Source: Thermodesulfobacteriota bacterium
GTDB lineage: Bacteria > Desulfobacterota_D > UBA1144 > Nemesobacterales > JAJCZQ01
Length of the DNA: 64,000 nt
NCBI GenBank assembly: GCA_965203965.1
Contig: CBDBDR010000017.1
Span: 448,001 to 512,000 of the forward strand
Direction: 5' to 3'
The position numbers and the translations under genes are program-made. This document shows, piece after piece, positions 38,001-47,582 of this stretch. Every line of letters starts with the position of its first letter. The stretch's first letter is position 1. The notes under the pieces are model-generated. The model was not told the DNA's origin. It worked only from the letters and a program-made list of their open reading frames with translations, and searched no databases.

Positions 38001-38239
38001 CCGTTAATTCAAGGATCAGGCCAATTCTTATGAGCACGATGACAAGTATTTTTGGCATGATGCCCCTTGTTGTCTCTCCAGGATCAGGTTCGGAGCTATA
38101 TCGTGGACTTGGTAGTGTGATCATCGGTGGGTTGATCTTTTCAACCGTATTCACCGTGTTTTTGGTGCCATCGGTTTTCAGTCTGGTAATGAATCTACGC
38201 CGTAAAGTCCATCTGAATTCATCGCATATCTCCACTTAA
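35090..38239 (+). CDS. RND efflux permease (AcrB/AcrD/AcrF family)
   Basis: 1049 aa; GMVIDNSIVVLEN, VNNAIL, RIRPILM. Confidence 0.92.
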   Translation: MKLVETSIGRPVTVAVAVIFIILFGIISLFRIPVQLTPDIDNPKVTVNTVWNGASPFEVESEIVKKQEEELKSVEGLVELTSESSEGRGTVVLELGVGADLDAKLVKISNRLDQVADYPDDADNPTISSVDTRSNAIAWFILRTLPSNKSHIYNYHDFADEFIKPKLERIPGVGSSNVLGGSEREMQIVFNPDELAVRGIGIEELANAVSRENKNYSGGSFDEGKRKYTVRTIGEYTSASDIENIVIRNENGSPVYVRDVARVELGYQDPEYAVRQNGNPAIAINVLKESGANTIEIIEGLQEEVKRLNNGLLKNNGLYLYNVYEEASYIENSIDLVKQNLIIGGFLAISVLFIFLRSGSSVLIVATAIPISVIGTFALMALMGRTINIISLAGMSFAVGMVIDNSIVVLENVYRHMQMGKTRMRAAYDGTVEVWGAVFASTLTTAAVFLPIIFVEEQAGQLFRDIAIAVSVSVFLSLLVSITVIPTVASSILNISKNIGKSETYRPYFLYKFGRNVSSLISSTVTLIIQNVRIKIVVIITFTVGSILLSYLLIPKTEYLPTGNRNLVFGILITPPGYNVDEFITIGQQIESDFSPHFSRDGNTETDKGKLPRIKNFFYIATDGQVFMGAVAEDERKVKELIPLMQRSLSKIPGTFAVVTQASLFSRGLGEGRSIKVRVTGADLKELLSAAQSIFFTTMQVIPGAQLRPIPSLDLGNPELQLVTDRERTSEAGLSNQELGFLVRAIVSGAKIEDYTINGQEIDLVIKGEDKFSSRTQSIEDVMIHTRNGKLVTLGSMASIKLTNGPNRIDHYERERTIAIQVNPPEKMPLETAVDKIHNEVLIPLKKSDQIRPNLNVLLTGTADKLTQTRESLQWNFLLAIAISFLLMSSLFESFLYPLVVMFSVPLASMGGFIGLRVLNLFTYQSLDIITMLGFVILIGIVVNNAILIVHQSLNFIRNEGLLPDEAIIQSVNSRIRPILMSTMTSIFGMMPLVVSPGSGSELYRGLGSVIIGGLIFSTVFTVFLVPSVFSLVMNLRRKVHLNSSHIST

Positions 38240-38368
38240 AATAGTCAATAAATACTTATTTATAAGCTTTTTATAACTTACTTTTTATTGACGGAACTAA
38301 CTTATTTGACTTGTAATTCATCCCTGATAATCTGCTTTTTTTGATTATCTTTTCAGGGAGCTATACCC

Positions 38369-39775
38369 ATGACCAAGCCAAAAGTGAGTTACAGAACTGA
38401 ATCTGACTCAATGGGCGAAATGAAAGTCCCCCAAAATGCCTATTATGGTGCACAAACTGCCAGAGCACTGGATAACTTTCCCATCAGCGGTATAACGATC
38501 CCAGAAGAACTTATAAAAGCTATGGGTATGGTAAAACTTGCTGCTGCCCAAACAAACGTGGAACTTGGTATCCTCAAAAAAAATATAGGTAGTGCAATAG
38601 TGAAAGCTGCAAGTGAAGTGATAGAAGGAAAACTGAATGAGCATTTTGTATTGGATATTTTTCAGACCGGTTCAGGGACTTCTACCAATATGAACGTTAA
38701 CGAGGTTATTGCCAACAGAGCAAACGAGATTCTCGGCAGTAAAACCGGAAATAATATCCGCGTTCATCCAAATGACCACGTGAACATGGGACAATCAAGC
38801 AATGATACTTTTCCTACTGCAATGCACGTATCCACACTGGTATCAATTCATAAAGACTTGATCCCTTCCTTAAAATACCTTGAAAGGGCACTCTCAAAAA
38901 AAGCTAGAAAGTTTGATAAAATATTAAAAATAGGCAGAACCCATCTTATGGATGCAACACCTCTAAGACTTGGGCAAGAATTTAGTGGTTATGCGAGCAT
39001 GATTTCACACGATATAAGGAGATTGGAGAACATAAAAACTAACCTGTCTGAACTTGCAATTGGAGGCACGGCAGTTGGAACCGGAATAAACACAAACAAG
39101 AAATTTGGCTCTAAAGTTGCCGGCAGGATCAGTAAAATGACGAGGATTCGTTTCAAAGAGGCTGAGAACCATTTTGAGGCACAAGCTTCAAAAGATTCAA
39201 TTGTTGAGGCAAGTGGGGCATTAAAAACAGTTGCGGTGAGTCTTATGAAGATTGCAAACGATGTCCGACTGCTTGGCAGCGGACCGAGATGCGGATTTGG
39301 AGAGATAATATTGCCTGCAATTCAACCGGGTTCCTCAATCATGCCGGGCAAGGTAAATCCTGTGATCGGAGAATCCGTGACACAAGTTTCAGCTCACGTG
39401 ATAGGCAATGACCTAGCAATTACAGTTGGAGGACAGGCAGGCAATTTTGAGTTGAATGTAATGATGCCCATGATGGCTCATAATATACTTGAATCTATAC
39501 AACTGCTTTCAAATGTCTCAAGGGTGTTTGTTGATAAATGTATTGATGGGATTAAAGTCAATAAAGAGCGGTGCGAGGAGATGATTGATAAAAGTCTTGC
39601 AATGTGCACAAGTCTGGCACCGATCATAGGGTATGACAAGGCATCGGCAATTGCTAAAGAAGCCTACGATACTCGCAAAACTGTCAGAGAAGTTGCAATG
39701 GAGAAGGGATTTCTATCCGAAAAACAACTCAATAAGGTGCTTGATCCATGGTCAATGACGGAGCCGTCAGAATAA
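38369..39775 (+). CDS. fumC: Class II fumarate hydratase
   Basis: QTGSGTSTNMN, GRTHLMDATP, GSSIMPGKVNP. Confidence 0.95.
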   Translation: MTKPKVSYRTESDSMGEMKVPQNAYYGAQTARALDNFPISGITIPEELIKAMGMVKLAAAQTNVELGILKKNIGSAIVKAASEVIEGKLNEHFVLDIFQTGSGTSTNMNVNEVIANRANEILGSKTGNNIRVHPNDHVNMGQSSNDTFPTAMHVSTLVSIHKDLIPSLKYLERALSKKARKFDKILKIGRTHLMDATPLRLGQEFSGYASMISHDIRRLENIKTNLSELAIGGTAVGTGINTNKKFGSKVAGRISKMTRIRFKEAENHFEAQASKDSIVEASGALKTVAVSLMKIANDVRLLGSGPRCGFGEIILPAIQPGSSIMPGKVNPVIGESVTQVSAHVIGNDLAITVGGQAGNFELNVMMPMMAHNILESIQLLSNVSRVFVDKCIDGIKVNKERCEEMIDKSLAMCTSLAPIIGYDKASAIAKEAYDTRKTVREVAMEKGFLSEKQLNKVLDPWSMTEPSE

Positions 39776-39820
39776 AATTTATTAATTAGTAAACTATAAA
39801 ATTAAAGTTAGGGGAACATA

Positions 39821-40273
39821 GTGAAAAAATATGCAATGTTTGTTTTGTTTATATTCCTGTTGATCGTATTGCCAATTGCCAGTGTTTATGCCTCTTCCAA
39901 GGACAACAGTTATAAAAGCTATACGGATATTGGCAAGTTGAAAATGTCTGACTTGACAGTCTCGAGTGTTATATCCAATTCCTCTCTTTATCACGGAAAA
40001 AATATAATAATTGACGGTAAAGTATCTGATCTGAAATACAAAAAATTTTTCAACGGTAGAAAATTCACTTTATTTAACTTGGAGGATGACAGTAACAGCA
40101 AAATAAAAGTTTATGCAAGAGGTTTTGTTAAAGAAATTGAGGATGGTTCCAAGATAAGAATTTATGGAAAATACAATAAAAAGAAGAAATTCTTATTCAA
40201 AAAATACAATAACGTTATGAAAGCAAAGAAAATACATATTCGGGAATTACATACAAAGTTATCCGATCTCTAA
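39821..40273 (+). CDS. Exported OB-fold-like hypothetical protein
   Basis: Signal peptide; IIIDGKV...FNLED...IRIYGKY beta-barrel-like pattern. Confidence 0.55.
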   Translation: MKKYAMFVLFIFLLIVLPIASVYASSKDNSYKSYTDIGKLKMSDLTVSSVISNSSLYHGKNIIIDGKVSDLKYKKFFNGRKFTLFNLEDDSNSKIKVYARGFVKEIEDGSKIRIYGKYNKKKKFLFKKYNNVMKAKKIHIRELHTKLSDL

Positions 40274-40320
40274 TAAGGTGTTGGTTTATACTAAGTGTAT
40301 TTATTATCCAAAGATCTTCG

Positions 40321-40348
40321 GTAGGAAACACAGATCTGCGTTCCCTAC
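40321..40348 (+). repeat. GTAG-type REP-like palindrome
   Basis: GTAGGAAACACAGATCTGCGTTCCCTAC, an imperfect palindrome starting with GTAG. Confidence 0.6.
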
Positions 40349-40429
40349 ATATTCAATAGACCTCTGAGAAATGCTATTCCTATAGAAGCAGGATCAATAG
40401 GGGTTAAGGGGAGGGCGGCTTCCCTGTTC

Positions 40430-40475
40430 ACTACCTCGTCAGGCTCTGAATACGCCTGCTACACCTCTCTTAAAG
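40430..40475. repeat. Second copy of the 14834-14880 palindromic repeat family
   Basis: ACTACCTCGTCAGGCT...GCCTGCTACACCTCTCTTAAAG versus ACCACCCCGTCAGGCT..GCCTGCCACCCCTCC. Confidence 0.55.
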
Positions 40476-40498
40476 TATATAAATAAGTCCCACATATT

Positions 40499-41980
40499 TT
40501 AGTTTTTTAGATCCTTCGATCTGTCTGAATTTATTCTGTAAATTTTTAATATCTTGTTATTCATATTTTCTACTAATTCTCTGTCAAGTACAATTTCTCT
40601 GCCAGAAGAAACTTCAAACGTTACAAAATCACTGCTGGCTGACTCAACTATATTGACCAAGTCTCTTATATTTCTGATCTCCTTTCCATTCACCTTTTTG
40701 ACTACCAAATTTTTATTCCCATGGTATCCGAGGTTTACCTCTGAAGCCAGTATCTTTACAAGAATGACAATTTCCTCATCCTCTTTTGTTTTTAAGTTAC
40801 TTTTGGCAATTGTTATCAACTCACTCGGTGCTTTATTGAGCCAGTTTCTTCCCCATTCGTTAAGATAGTTAATTGTAAGAGTTGAAAAAACCAAGCCACC
40901 GTAAATAAAATAGCTCGGCAATACATCATGCTGAAATTTTACCAAATGTGTTTCCTGAATTGGTTTGGAAAGAACAAGGCTGATATTCATTTGTTTGCCG
41001 TCTCTTAGTATTTTCAGATTCAACCTGTCATTTATCTGCTTGTTTTGAATATAATACGAATAATGAGTTCTTGCTTTATGCCTGAACTCCACCGTGCCAT
41101 TTCCTGAAATTTCTTTGTCTTCAACTGAAAGTAAAACGTCTTTTTCCATTATCTTACCTTCTGCCACTGACCCGGGTATCACTTTTATCACAAGAACTCC
41201 GGTTTGATCACCTTCTAATCCGTATTTCTTTTTTAATCCTTCGTTCTCAATGTTCTGCACTCTTACTCCCAGAGAGGGAAAACCATGGTAGTTGTCTTTT
41301 TCAATATCTTTAATGAAATGTTTGATAACAGGTGGCGGAACCATATAACCTATGTTCTGAGATCTGGTGAGTGCCTGCATTATAATTCCCACAATGACAC
41401 CATTGTTGTTTATCGCGGGACCTCCACTGTTTCCCGGATTGATAGGTGCATCTATCTGTGCTGCAAGGAATGAGAGGTTGCTATGAGCATATGGCTCGTG
41501 CTCTATACGGGAGATCACACCCTTGGTAATGCTTAGAGTATCTCCACCCTTTGGAAATCCATATACAAATACTTCTTCCTGTGTTTTTGGCAGAGAACCA
41601 ATTTGCAAAGGCTGGGTGCCCTTGAAAAATTCAGGGGATTCAACCGTTAGAATTCCCAGATCAACCTCGTGGGAAACATGAAGCACCTTCGCTGTGTATC
41701 TATTTGCCTCACCGTATCGTCTGACCTGTATCAAAGTATTGTTGGCTATAACGTGGGCATTTGTAAGTATCCTGTTGCCGGAAATTATACAACCTGAACC
41801 CGTCTGAAACCGAGCGCTGTCCATAGTCCATGGATCGGAGTAATAAGGGTTTACAACTTGGGTATAAATTTTGACTATAGAGTCTCTTGTATCGTACTCG
41901 GTCTTTGCAGACACATTAACGGTTAGAAAAAAAGTAAAGATCAGTAGAAACAAGTTAAGGATTTTCATAGAAGGCTCCAA
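40499..41980 (-). CDS. Deg/HtrA-family serine protease with PDZ domains
   Basis: LTNAHV, D in EVDLG, INPGNSGGP, C-terminal PSYFIYGGLVF PDZ-like region. Confidence 0.9.
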   Translation of the reverse strand: MEPSMKILNLFLLIFTFFLTVNVSAKTEYDTRDSIVKIYTQVVNPYYSDPWTMDSARFQTGSGCIISGNRILTNAHVIANNTLIQVRRYGEANRYTAKVLHVSHEVDLGILTVESPEFFKGTQPLQIGSLPKTQEEVFVYGFPKGGDTLSITKGVISRIEHEPYAHSNLSFLAAQIDAPINPGNSGGPAINNNGVIVGIIMQALTRSQNIGYMVPPPVIKHFIKDIEKDNYHGFPSLGVRVQNIENEGLKKKYGLEGDQTGVLVIKVIPGSVAEGKIMEKDVLLSVEDKEISGNGTVEFRHKARTHYSYYIQNKQINDRLNLKILRDGKQMNISLVLSKPIQETHLVKFQHDVLPSYFIYGGLVFSTLTINYLNEWGRNWLNKAPSELITIAKSNLKTKEDEEIVILVKILASEVNLGYHGNKNLVVKKVNGKEIRNIRDLVNIVESASSDFVTFEVSSGREIVLDRELVENMNNKILKIYRINSDRSKDLKN

Positions 41981-42048
41981 AATGACGGGGTATTATAATC
42001 AAGATAAAGGGATTGCCAAGCGAGTTATATCTCTTGTTTGGGATGGAA

Positions 42049-43191
42049 TTACACAGACAACTGACTTTCATACAGATATTGCTCAACAATACTTCTCCAA
42101 AGCCTTTCATTATTACTGGCATTCACCTTATACTCCGACAAATCCTTTAGGAATAATCTCGGGTTGTTTTTCCAATTAATAATTTTTTCTACATGCTTTG
42201 TAAAAGTTCTAAACGCCGATGCTTGCGGCTGTTTTTCGTCTATCTTAGTATCAATTTTCTGATCTATATTTATCTTTGCTCTAAGTCCAACATAAGCTAT
42301 TGTTACTTTAACACTATCAGGGGAAATGCCATTTATCCTACAGAACACTCTTTTATACACTTCAAGCTGTCGGCGATGAATTGAAGATCTTTCCATATCC
42401 TTATCGGTTTTCCAATCTACAATAAGATATTTTTTTGGAGAACCTGCATTTTTGAAAACTGCGTCAATTTTTCCTCTGAATTTCAAATCGCTAGGAATAT
42501 CGGCAATGGTTGAAAAAGGAATTTCAAAAAATTTTTCCACCTGCTCAACTTCAGAATACTCGCTCTTGATTTCGCCTACTAGCTTTTCAACGTTCTCCAC
42601 GTATGGAACAAATTGCTCTTCAACCCTGTGATCTTTACCCTCTATGAAATTCTCTGCGGCGGCGTGAACTTCTTTACCAAGCTCCAGAGCTGGTGAATAC
42701 TCCCTTATTTTCAGAATGTTATTTACCATGTATTGATATGGGTTCATTCCCACGGATGAAAAGGAACCGCTGTTCAATTTGCTGAAATAGCCACAAATAA
42801 AATCAATTAACCAGACGTTATTGTTCTCCAGTATTGCTTTTGCTTCATCATATTTCTTGTTGACAAATAGCTTGTAGGCTTCTTTTTTGTAGTGAGTAAG
42901 GTCGGAGATTTTGGTTTCAGCAGCTTTATTACTTTGATAACTGTGACGCTTTTTACTCAAGGATATGGGATGATAAATACGTGAAAGATAGCTTGAACGA
43001 TATCTTCTGCGTCTTGAAGAATATGAATGACTTTTACGAGTGGGATGCCTTGAACTGCGCTTGCGTTTTGGTTTTGAGATATATGAATAATTTTCTCTGT
43101 ATGGGGGATACATAAATATTTTGTATTTCGGAAAATACGGTATTCCATACATGTCCCTCAATGTACCCCTCCATATTGTATACATGCCCAT
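42049..43191 (-). CDS. PD-(D/E)XK nuclease (AddA/RecB-type) with an unrelated Arg/Ser-rich N-terminal extension
   Basis: FRGKIDAVF, LIVDWKT, QLEVY; first ~90 aa are low-complexity and basic. Confidence 0.75.
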   Translation of the reverse strand: MGMYTIWRGTLRDMYGIPYFPKYKIFMYPPYRENYSYISKPKRKRSSRHPTRKSHSYSSRRRRYRSSYLSRIYHPISLSKKRHSYQSNKAAETKISDLTHYKKEAYKLFVNKKYDEAKAILENNNVWLIDFICGYFSKLNSGSFSSVGMNPYQYMVNNILKIREYSPALELGKEVHAAAENFIEGKDHRVEEQFVPYVENVEKLVGEIKSEYSEVEQVEKFFEIPFSTIADIPSDLKFRGKIDAVFKNAGSPKKYLIVDWKTDKDMERSSIHRRQLEVYKRVFCRINGISPDSVKVTIAYVGLRAKINIDQKIDTKIDEKQPQASAFRTFTKHVEKIINWKNNPRLFLKDLSEYKVNASNNERLWRSIVEQYLYESQLSV

Positions 43192-43269
43192 TTTAGTTTA
43201 CACCCTCTATCTTGTTTATTTTAATTCTACTACATCCGTAGAGATAATAAGAACAAACCAGGGAGATAC

Positions 43270-45096
43270 CTAATAATTTTTGTATGCTGAACCGTCATGG
43301 GTAATGATGAACAGCTTTTCTCTGGCACGTGTAAAAGCAACAAAATTTATCCTGAAAAATTCTTCTTCAAGCTCTTCTTCAGTGTTAATACCTTTGGAGG
43401 ATAGTATTGATTTAACCACGTCATCAATAAAGTTCTTTTGATCTTTTGGAACAGATGGAACATATATAACGTTGTCAAACTCTCTTCCCTTTGCCTTATG
43501 TATCGTCGTCAAAATTATCGGCTTTTCATCTTCCACGTCTTCAGTTGTCAGGTTACACGAACCGAGGTATGCAAATATATTATTCAACGTCCCGTTTTCC
43601 AGTAAAAGCAAGTTCAATGTTTTGTTTCCCAATAACTCCCATGATTCAATCAATGCCTCCCTCATCTTTTCCGCTACAAAGTAGTATTGTTTACCATAAG
43701 GGATTGAGATCGGTATAATAATATTCTCAAAAAGCTCTATCAGATCATACTTGTTCCTTGTTCCATCTCTGAGGTTTTTAAATTCTTTTAAATCTGAAAG
43801 TAAATTATCAAGGGTATCATAATTTCTATCTGCAAACTCAAAGGCATCTTGAATTGAGATGGGGAAATACGGTGTGAACATGGCATTTTTAACATCGGAT
43901 ACCTCTTTGCTTAATATGCCTTTCAAAAAATTTATAATGTCTTTTCTTGCATCTTCAGATCCACTGAAAAGCGTGATTGAAAAATCAATCCCGAACTTGT
44001 CCAACTGTTTTCCGAGCTCATCTATCTGGTGGTTCGTTCTTAAAATTACCGCGGTAGTTTTTTTATCATCAGCTATTTGAGCAAGTAGATGAATGGCTTC
44101 TTTTAACGTATTTTCCTTTTTAACTTCTATAACGGTCGGATCATCTCCATTAAGTCCCATAGGGTTTAAGAGGTCTTCAAGCTCGTTTTGATGAGAGTCG
44201 TTTTTGGTTTTAGATATAAAATACTCCCTGGCAAATTTCAGTATTTGATTGGTGCTCCTGAAGTTTTCAGATAGAACAAAGTGAGAAGAGTCTTTAAAAA
44301 GTTCAAAATTACTTATTGATCCACCTTGAAAGCCGAAAATTGCCTGTTTTTTATCGCCGACCGCTATAAAATTATCCCCTGATCCTAATGCTATATCCGC
44401 CTCCATTTTGTTCACGTCCTGAAGTTCATCAACAAGCACGTAATCAAATCGTGGTTTTTTATCCAGTTTTAAAAATTCTATGAGTAGGTCGGCATAATCA
44501 TAACCTTCAGATCGTTTTTTATCCTCTTCATAGTGCTTGTATATTTTTATAAATTCTTCAAGAAAATTCTCAAGTTCGTCACGAGTAACTTTCTCATTTT
44601 TTGGTAGCAATTCCCTTGATCTACTTTTATCAATTTGTTCAGGCAAAATGCCAAAACTCTTTAAATACCTGATCAGGTTTTCTATCTTGGGAACGAGTGT
44701 CTGCAGAATATAGGGATCTGCATAATTAAAGATATTTTTTTTCTTTACATAAGTGTAAATTGAGAATCTGAGAAGATTGGAGGAGATTATCTCCCTGCTG
44801 TTAAGGTTGCCGAGTGCATAAGAATGAAACGTATTGACGTTCAGTTTTAATACATCCAGATCAATTCCAACTTCTTTACTGATATTTAATATCCTTTCTC
44901 TCATCTCCGTCTTTGCCTTTTCCGTGTATGTAAGACAAAGGACGTTTTCAGGTTTTACTCCCTTATTTATCAATGAAATGTATTTACAAGCGAGTAAAAA
45001 GGTTTTACCCGTTCCTGGGTTGGCAGTTACCAGAATATTTCCGCTGGTGTTAATTATTTGCCTTTTTTCAAGATTTACGTCTAATTTCAGGTTCAT
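43270..45096 (-). CDS. UvrD/REP-family ATP-dependent helicase
   Basis: ANPGTGKT, LVDELQD, VGDKKQAIFGFQG, ENFRS, TIHKAKGREF, VAFTRAR. Confidence 0.9.
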   Translation of the reverse strand: MNLKLDVNLEKRQIINTSGNILVTANPGTGKTFLLACKYISLINKGVKPENVLCLTYTEKAKTEMRERILNISKEVGIDLDVLKLNVNTFHSYALGNLNSREIISSNLLRFSIYTYVKKKNIFNYADPYILQTLVPKIENLIRYLKSFGILPEQIDKSRSRELLPKNEKVTRDELENFLEEFIKIYKHYEEDKKRSEGYDYADLLIEFLKLDKKPRFDYVLVDELQDVNKMEADIALGSGDNFIAVGDKKQAIFGFQGGSISNFELFKDSSHFVLSENFRSTNQILKFAREYFISKTKNDSHQNELEDLLNPMGLNGDDPTVIEVKKENTLKEAIHLLAQIADDKKTTAVILRTNHQIDELGKQLDKFGIDFSITLFSGSEDARKDIINFLKGILSKEVSDVKNAMFTPYFPISIQDAFEFADRNYDTLDNLLSDLKEFKNLRDGTRNKYDLIELFENIIIPISIPYGKQYYFVAEKMREALIESWELLGNKTLNLLLLENGTLNNIFAYLGSCNLTTEDVEDEKPIILTTIHKAKGREFDNVIYVPSVPKDQKNFIDDVVKSILSSKGINTEEELEEEFFRINFVAFTRAREKLFIITHDGSAYKNY

Positions 45097-45134
45097 TATA
45101 AGATTGCAAATTAATCCAGTAAAATAGTCAACTA

Positions 45135-45884
45135 ATGAAAAAGCAAATTCTATTAATCCATATCTTATTCTTACTGATCATTTATGAAAACCTTGCTTTT
45201 GCCAGAGATGATTTTGACCACAAATATACTAAATATACCGAACTATTAAACAAGAATGTAGATAATGAAGAGGTGGATTATAAGGGAATAAAGCAAAAAT
45301 TCAGGGATCTGAATACGATTGTTGCAGGATTTTACGGAATAACCAGAGATGTTTACAGTTCATGGAGCAACTCGCAAAAACTTGCTTTTTTAATAAACAC
45401 CTACAACGCCGCAACTTTGAAGCTAGTCGTGGAAAACTATCCGTTAAAAAGCATCAAGGATATTGAGAAACCGTGGGACGTGGAGATAGTAGATATTTTT
45501 GACAAAAAAATTTCTTTGAACCAACTTGAGCATGATCTAATAAGAAAAGAGTTTAATGAGCCGCGCATCCATTTTGCGTTAGTATGTGCAGCAAGAGGCT
45601 GTCCCAAACTGGGAAAAGAGGCTTACATGGGCAGCAAGATCAATTTGCAGCTTGAAAGTGCAACAAAAAAATTCCTGCTTACAAAAAAGAAGAACAGTCT
45701 TGATGACAAAAACAAAATAATTATGCTCTCACCGATATTTGACTGGTATAAAAACGATTTTAACAACAAATATGGTTCAGTAGTTGATTTTATTGCTCCT
45801 TATTACTCCAGAAAACCCGGAGATATTAAGAACTACCAAATTCAATACACTTATTATGACTGGTCTTTAAATGAAAGACTGTGA
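45135..45884 (+). CDS. DUF547 domain exported protein
   Basis: LAFLINTYNA, EPRIHFALVCAARGCP, YDWSLN. Confidence 0.88.
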   Translation: MKKQILLIHILFLLIIYENLAFARDDFDHKYTKYTELLNKNVDNEEVDYKGIKQKFRDLNTIVAGFYGITRDVYSSWSNSQKLAFLINTYNAATLKLVVENYPLKSIKDIEKPWDVEIVDIFDKKISLNQLEHDLIRKEFNEPRIHFALVCAARGCPKLGKEAYMGSKINLQLESATKKFLLTKKKNSLDDKNKIIMLSPIFDWYKNDFNNKYGSVVDFIAPYYSRKPGDIKNYQIQYTYYDWSLNERL

Positions 45885-45919
45885 GTTAATAACGTCTTGC
45901 ATAGTTCTTCAAGGTTGAT

Positions 45920-46612
45920 ATGAATAAAATTGACGTGATCATTCCAGCGTTTAACGAGCAAAAATCCATTGGACTTGTGCTTGATGACATTTCAACCGAC
46001 CTTGTCAACGAAATTATAGTCGTTGATAACGGCTCCACTGATAAAACTTCTGAAATTGCTTCTACAAGAGGTGCGAAGGTGCTTTTTAAGCCTGAAAGAG
46101 GATACGGAAGTGCATGTCTCAAGGGGGTTGAATACCTGAAGTCGAAAAGCATTTCCGACCAGCCAGATGTTGTTGTGTTTTTGGATGCTGATTACTCCGA
46201 CTATCCGAAAGAGATGCCTTTTTTAGTAAAACCTATAGTTAATGATAATTATGATCTGGTAATCGGGTCAAGAATTACAGGAAACAGGGAGAAATTCTCA
46301 ATGCTTCCGCAGGCTATTGTGGGCAATTTCATTGCAACCTTCCTTATCAAGCTGTTTTACTCCGTTGAGTTTAGCGACCTTGGACCATTTAGAGCAATTA
46401 AATACCACAAATTGCTTGAGCTTGAAATGAAGGACACAACCTTTGGTTGGACCGTTGAGATGCAGGTTAAAGCTGCAAAAAAAGGCTTCAAATGCCTTGA
46501 AGTTCCCGTGAGTTACAGGAAACGGATAGGGGTTTCTAAAATTAGTGGTACCGTGTCTGGAACTGTAAAAGCCGGCTATAAAATTATATGGACTATTATT
46601 AAACATCTGTGA
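45920..46612 (+). CDS. Glycosyltransferase family 2
   Basis: IIPAFNE, VVDNGSTD, FLDADYSD, GWTVEMQ. Confidence 0.9.
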   Translation: MNKIDVIIPAFNEQKSIGLVLDDISTDLVNEIIVVDNGSTDKTSEIASTRGAKVLFKPERGYGSACLKGVEYLKSKSISDQPDVVVFLDADYSDYPKEMPFLVKPIVNDNYDLVIGSRITGNREKFSMLPQAIVGNFIATFLIKLFYSVEFSDLGPFRAIKYHKLLELEMKDTTFGWTVEMQVKAAKKGFKCLEVPVSYRKRIGVSKISGTVSGTVKAGYKIIWTIIKHL

Positions 46613-47196
46613 TACTTGATATCAGCATGTTGAACAAAGCCGTATTTTTTGACAGAGACAAAACCATAACAATGCCTAATGCTGACAACTACATTTATAG
46701 AGTGGGTGATTTTTACATTCCAGAGAAATTTACTACGGCACTCAAAAATCTGTATGACCATGGGTTCAAACTCTTCCTTGTTACCAATCAGGGTAGGGTG
46801 GCAAGGGGTTGCATGACCGAGGATGATGTAAGAGGGGTTCATCAACATATGGAAAAGCACTTTAAAGATCACGGTTTTTGCTTTGAAGATTTCGCATACT
46901 GTCCACATAATCCAATGGGTAACATTTATCCATACAATGTTGTGTGTTCATGTAGAAAACCTAAAGACGGTATGATAAAAAAACTAGCAGACAAATACAA
47001 AGTGGATAGATCAAAGTCATGGATGGTAGGAGATAGTGAGCGAGATATTACAGCGGGCAGCATGTCAGGACTCAGAACAATACTGGTTAGAACTGGTTTT
47101 GCACAAAGCTCGGAAAGAGCTGATTTTGTGGCTGATGATCTTGCAGATGCGGTGAAAAAAATAATGGATTCAATTACGCAATCAGCCATAGAGTAA
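46609..47196 (+). CDS. gmhB: HAD-IIIA phosphatase (GmhB-like)
   Basis: FFDRDKTI, VTNQG, CPH...CSCRKP, MVGDSERD. Confidence 0.8.
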   Translation: MILDISMLNKAVFFDRDKTITMPNADNYIYRVGDFYIPEKFTTALKNLYDHGFKLFLVTNQGRVARGCMTEDDVRGVHQHMEKHFKDHGFCFEDFAYCPHNPMGNIYPYNVVCSCRKPKDGMIKKLADKYKVDRSKSWMVGDSERDITAGSMSGLRTILVRTGFAQSSERADFVADDLADAVKKIMDSITQSAIE

Positions 47197-47282
47197 GAAG
47201 TAACCTGTTCATTAACAAAAGACCTGTTTCATTTTAGAACATAGAGCAGCAAATGAGAACAACCTGATGAGCGAGATAGTTA

Positions 47283-47356
47283 CGTCCCCGAGAGGATTCG
47301 AACCTCCGACCCCAAGATTAGGAATCTTGTGCTCTATCCTGCTGAGCTACGGGGAC
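47283..47356 (-). tRNA. tRNA-Arg(CCT)
   Basis: GTCCCCG acceptor stem, CAAGA-TTCCTAA-TCTTG anticodon arm, GGTTCGAATCC; CCA not encoded. Confidence 0.95.
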
Positions 47357-47435
47357 ATCCGACAATGAAAAACATTTTAGCGGATTATACATGAATTTTA
47401 AAATGACTGATCAAGTGGTTACAATTTGTTACAAA

Positions 47436-47518
47436 GCCGAAGTGGTGGAATTGGTAGACACGCTATCTTGAGGGGGTAGTGCCCGTAGGGCGTGGGAGTT
47501 CGAGTCTCCCCTTCGGCA
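47436..47518 (+). tRNA. tRNA-Leu(GAG)
   Basis: GCCGAAG acceptor stem, CTATC-TTGAGGG-GGTAG anticodon arm, long variable arm, GTTCGAGTC; CCA not encoded. Confidence 0.95.
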
Positions 47519-47582
47519 TTATCCTTGTGTTAGTGGTAACGCCCGGAACTAATAATTCTTCTTAAATTCTATTAAGACTAAT

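Noticed and set aside
42900..43270. Group I intron in the helicase-nuclease gene (AAGATATCGTTC resembles the S element)
   Set aside because: No complementary R element to form P7 and no recognisable P1/P3 core could be built by eye.
47283..47582. tRNA-targeted integrated element
   Set aside because: No integrase and no duplicated tRNA 3' end were seen in the window.
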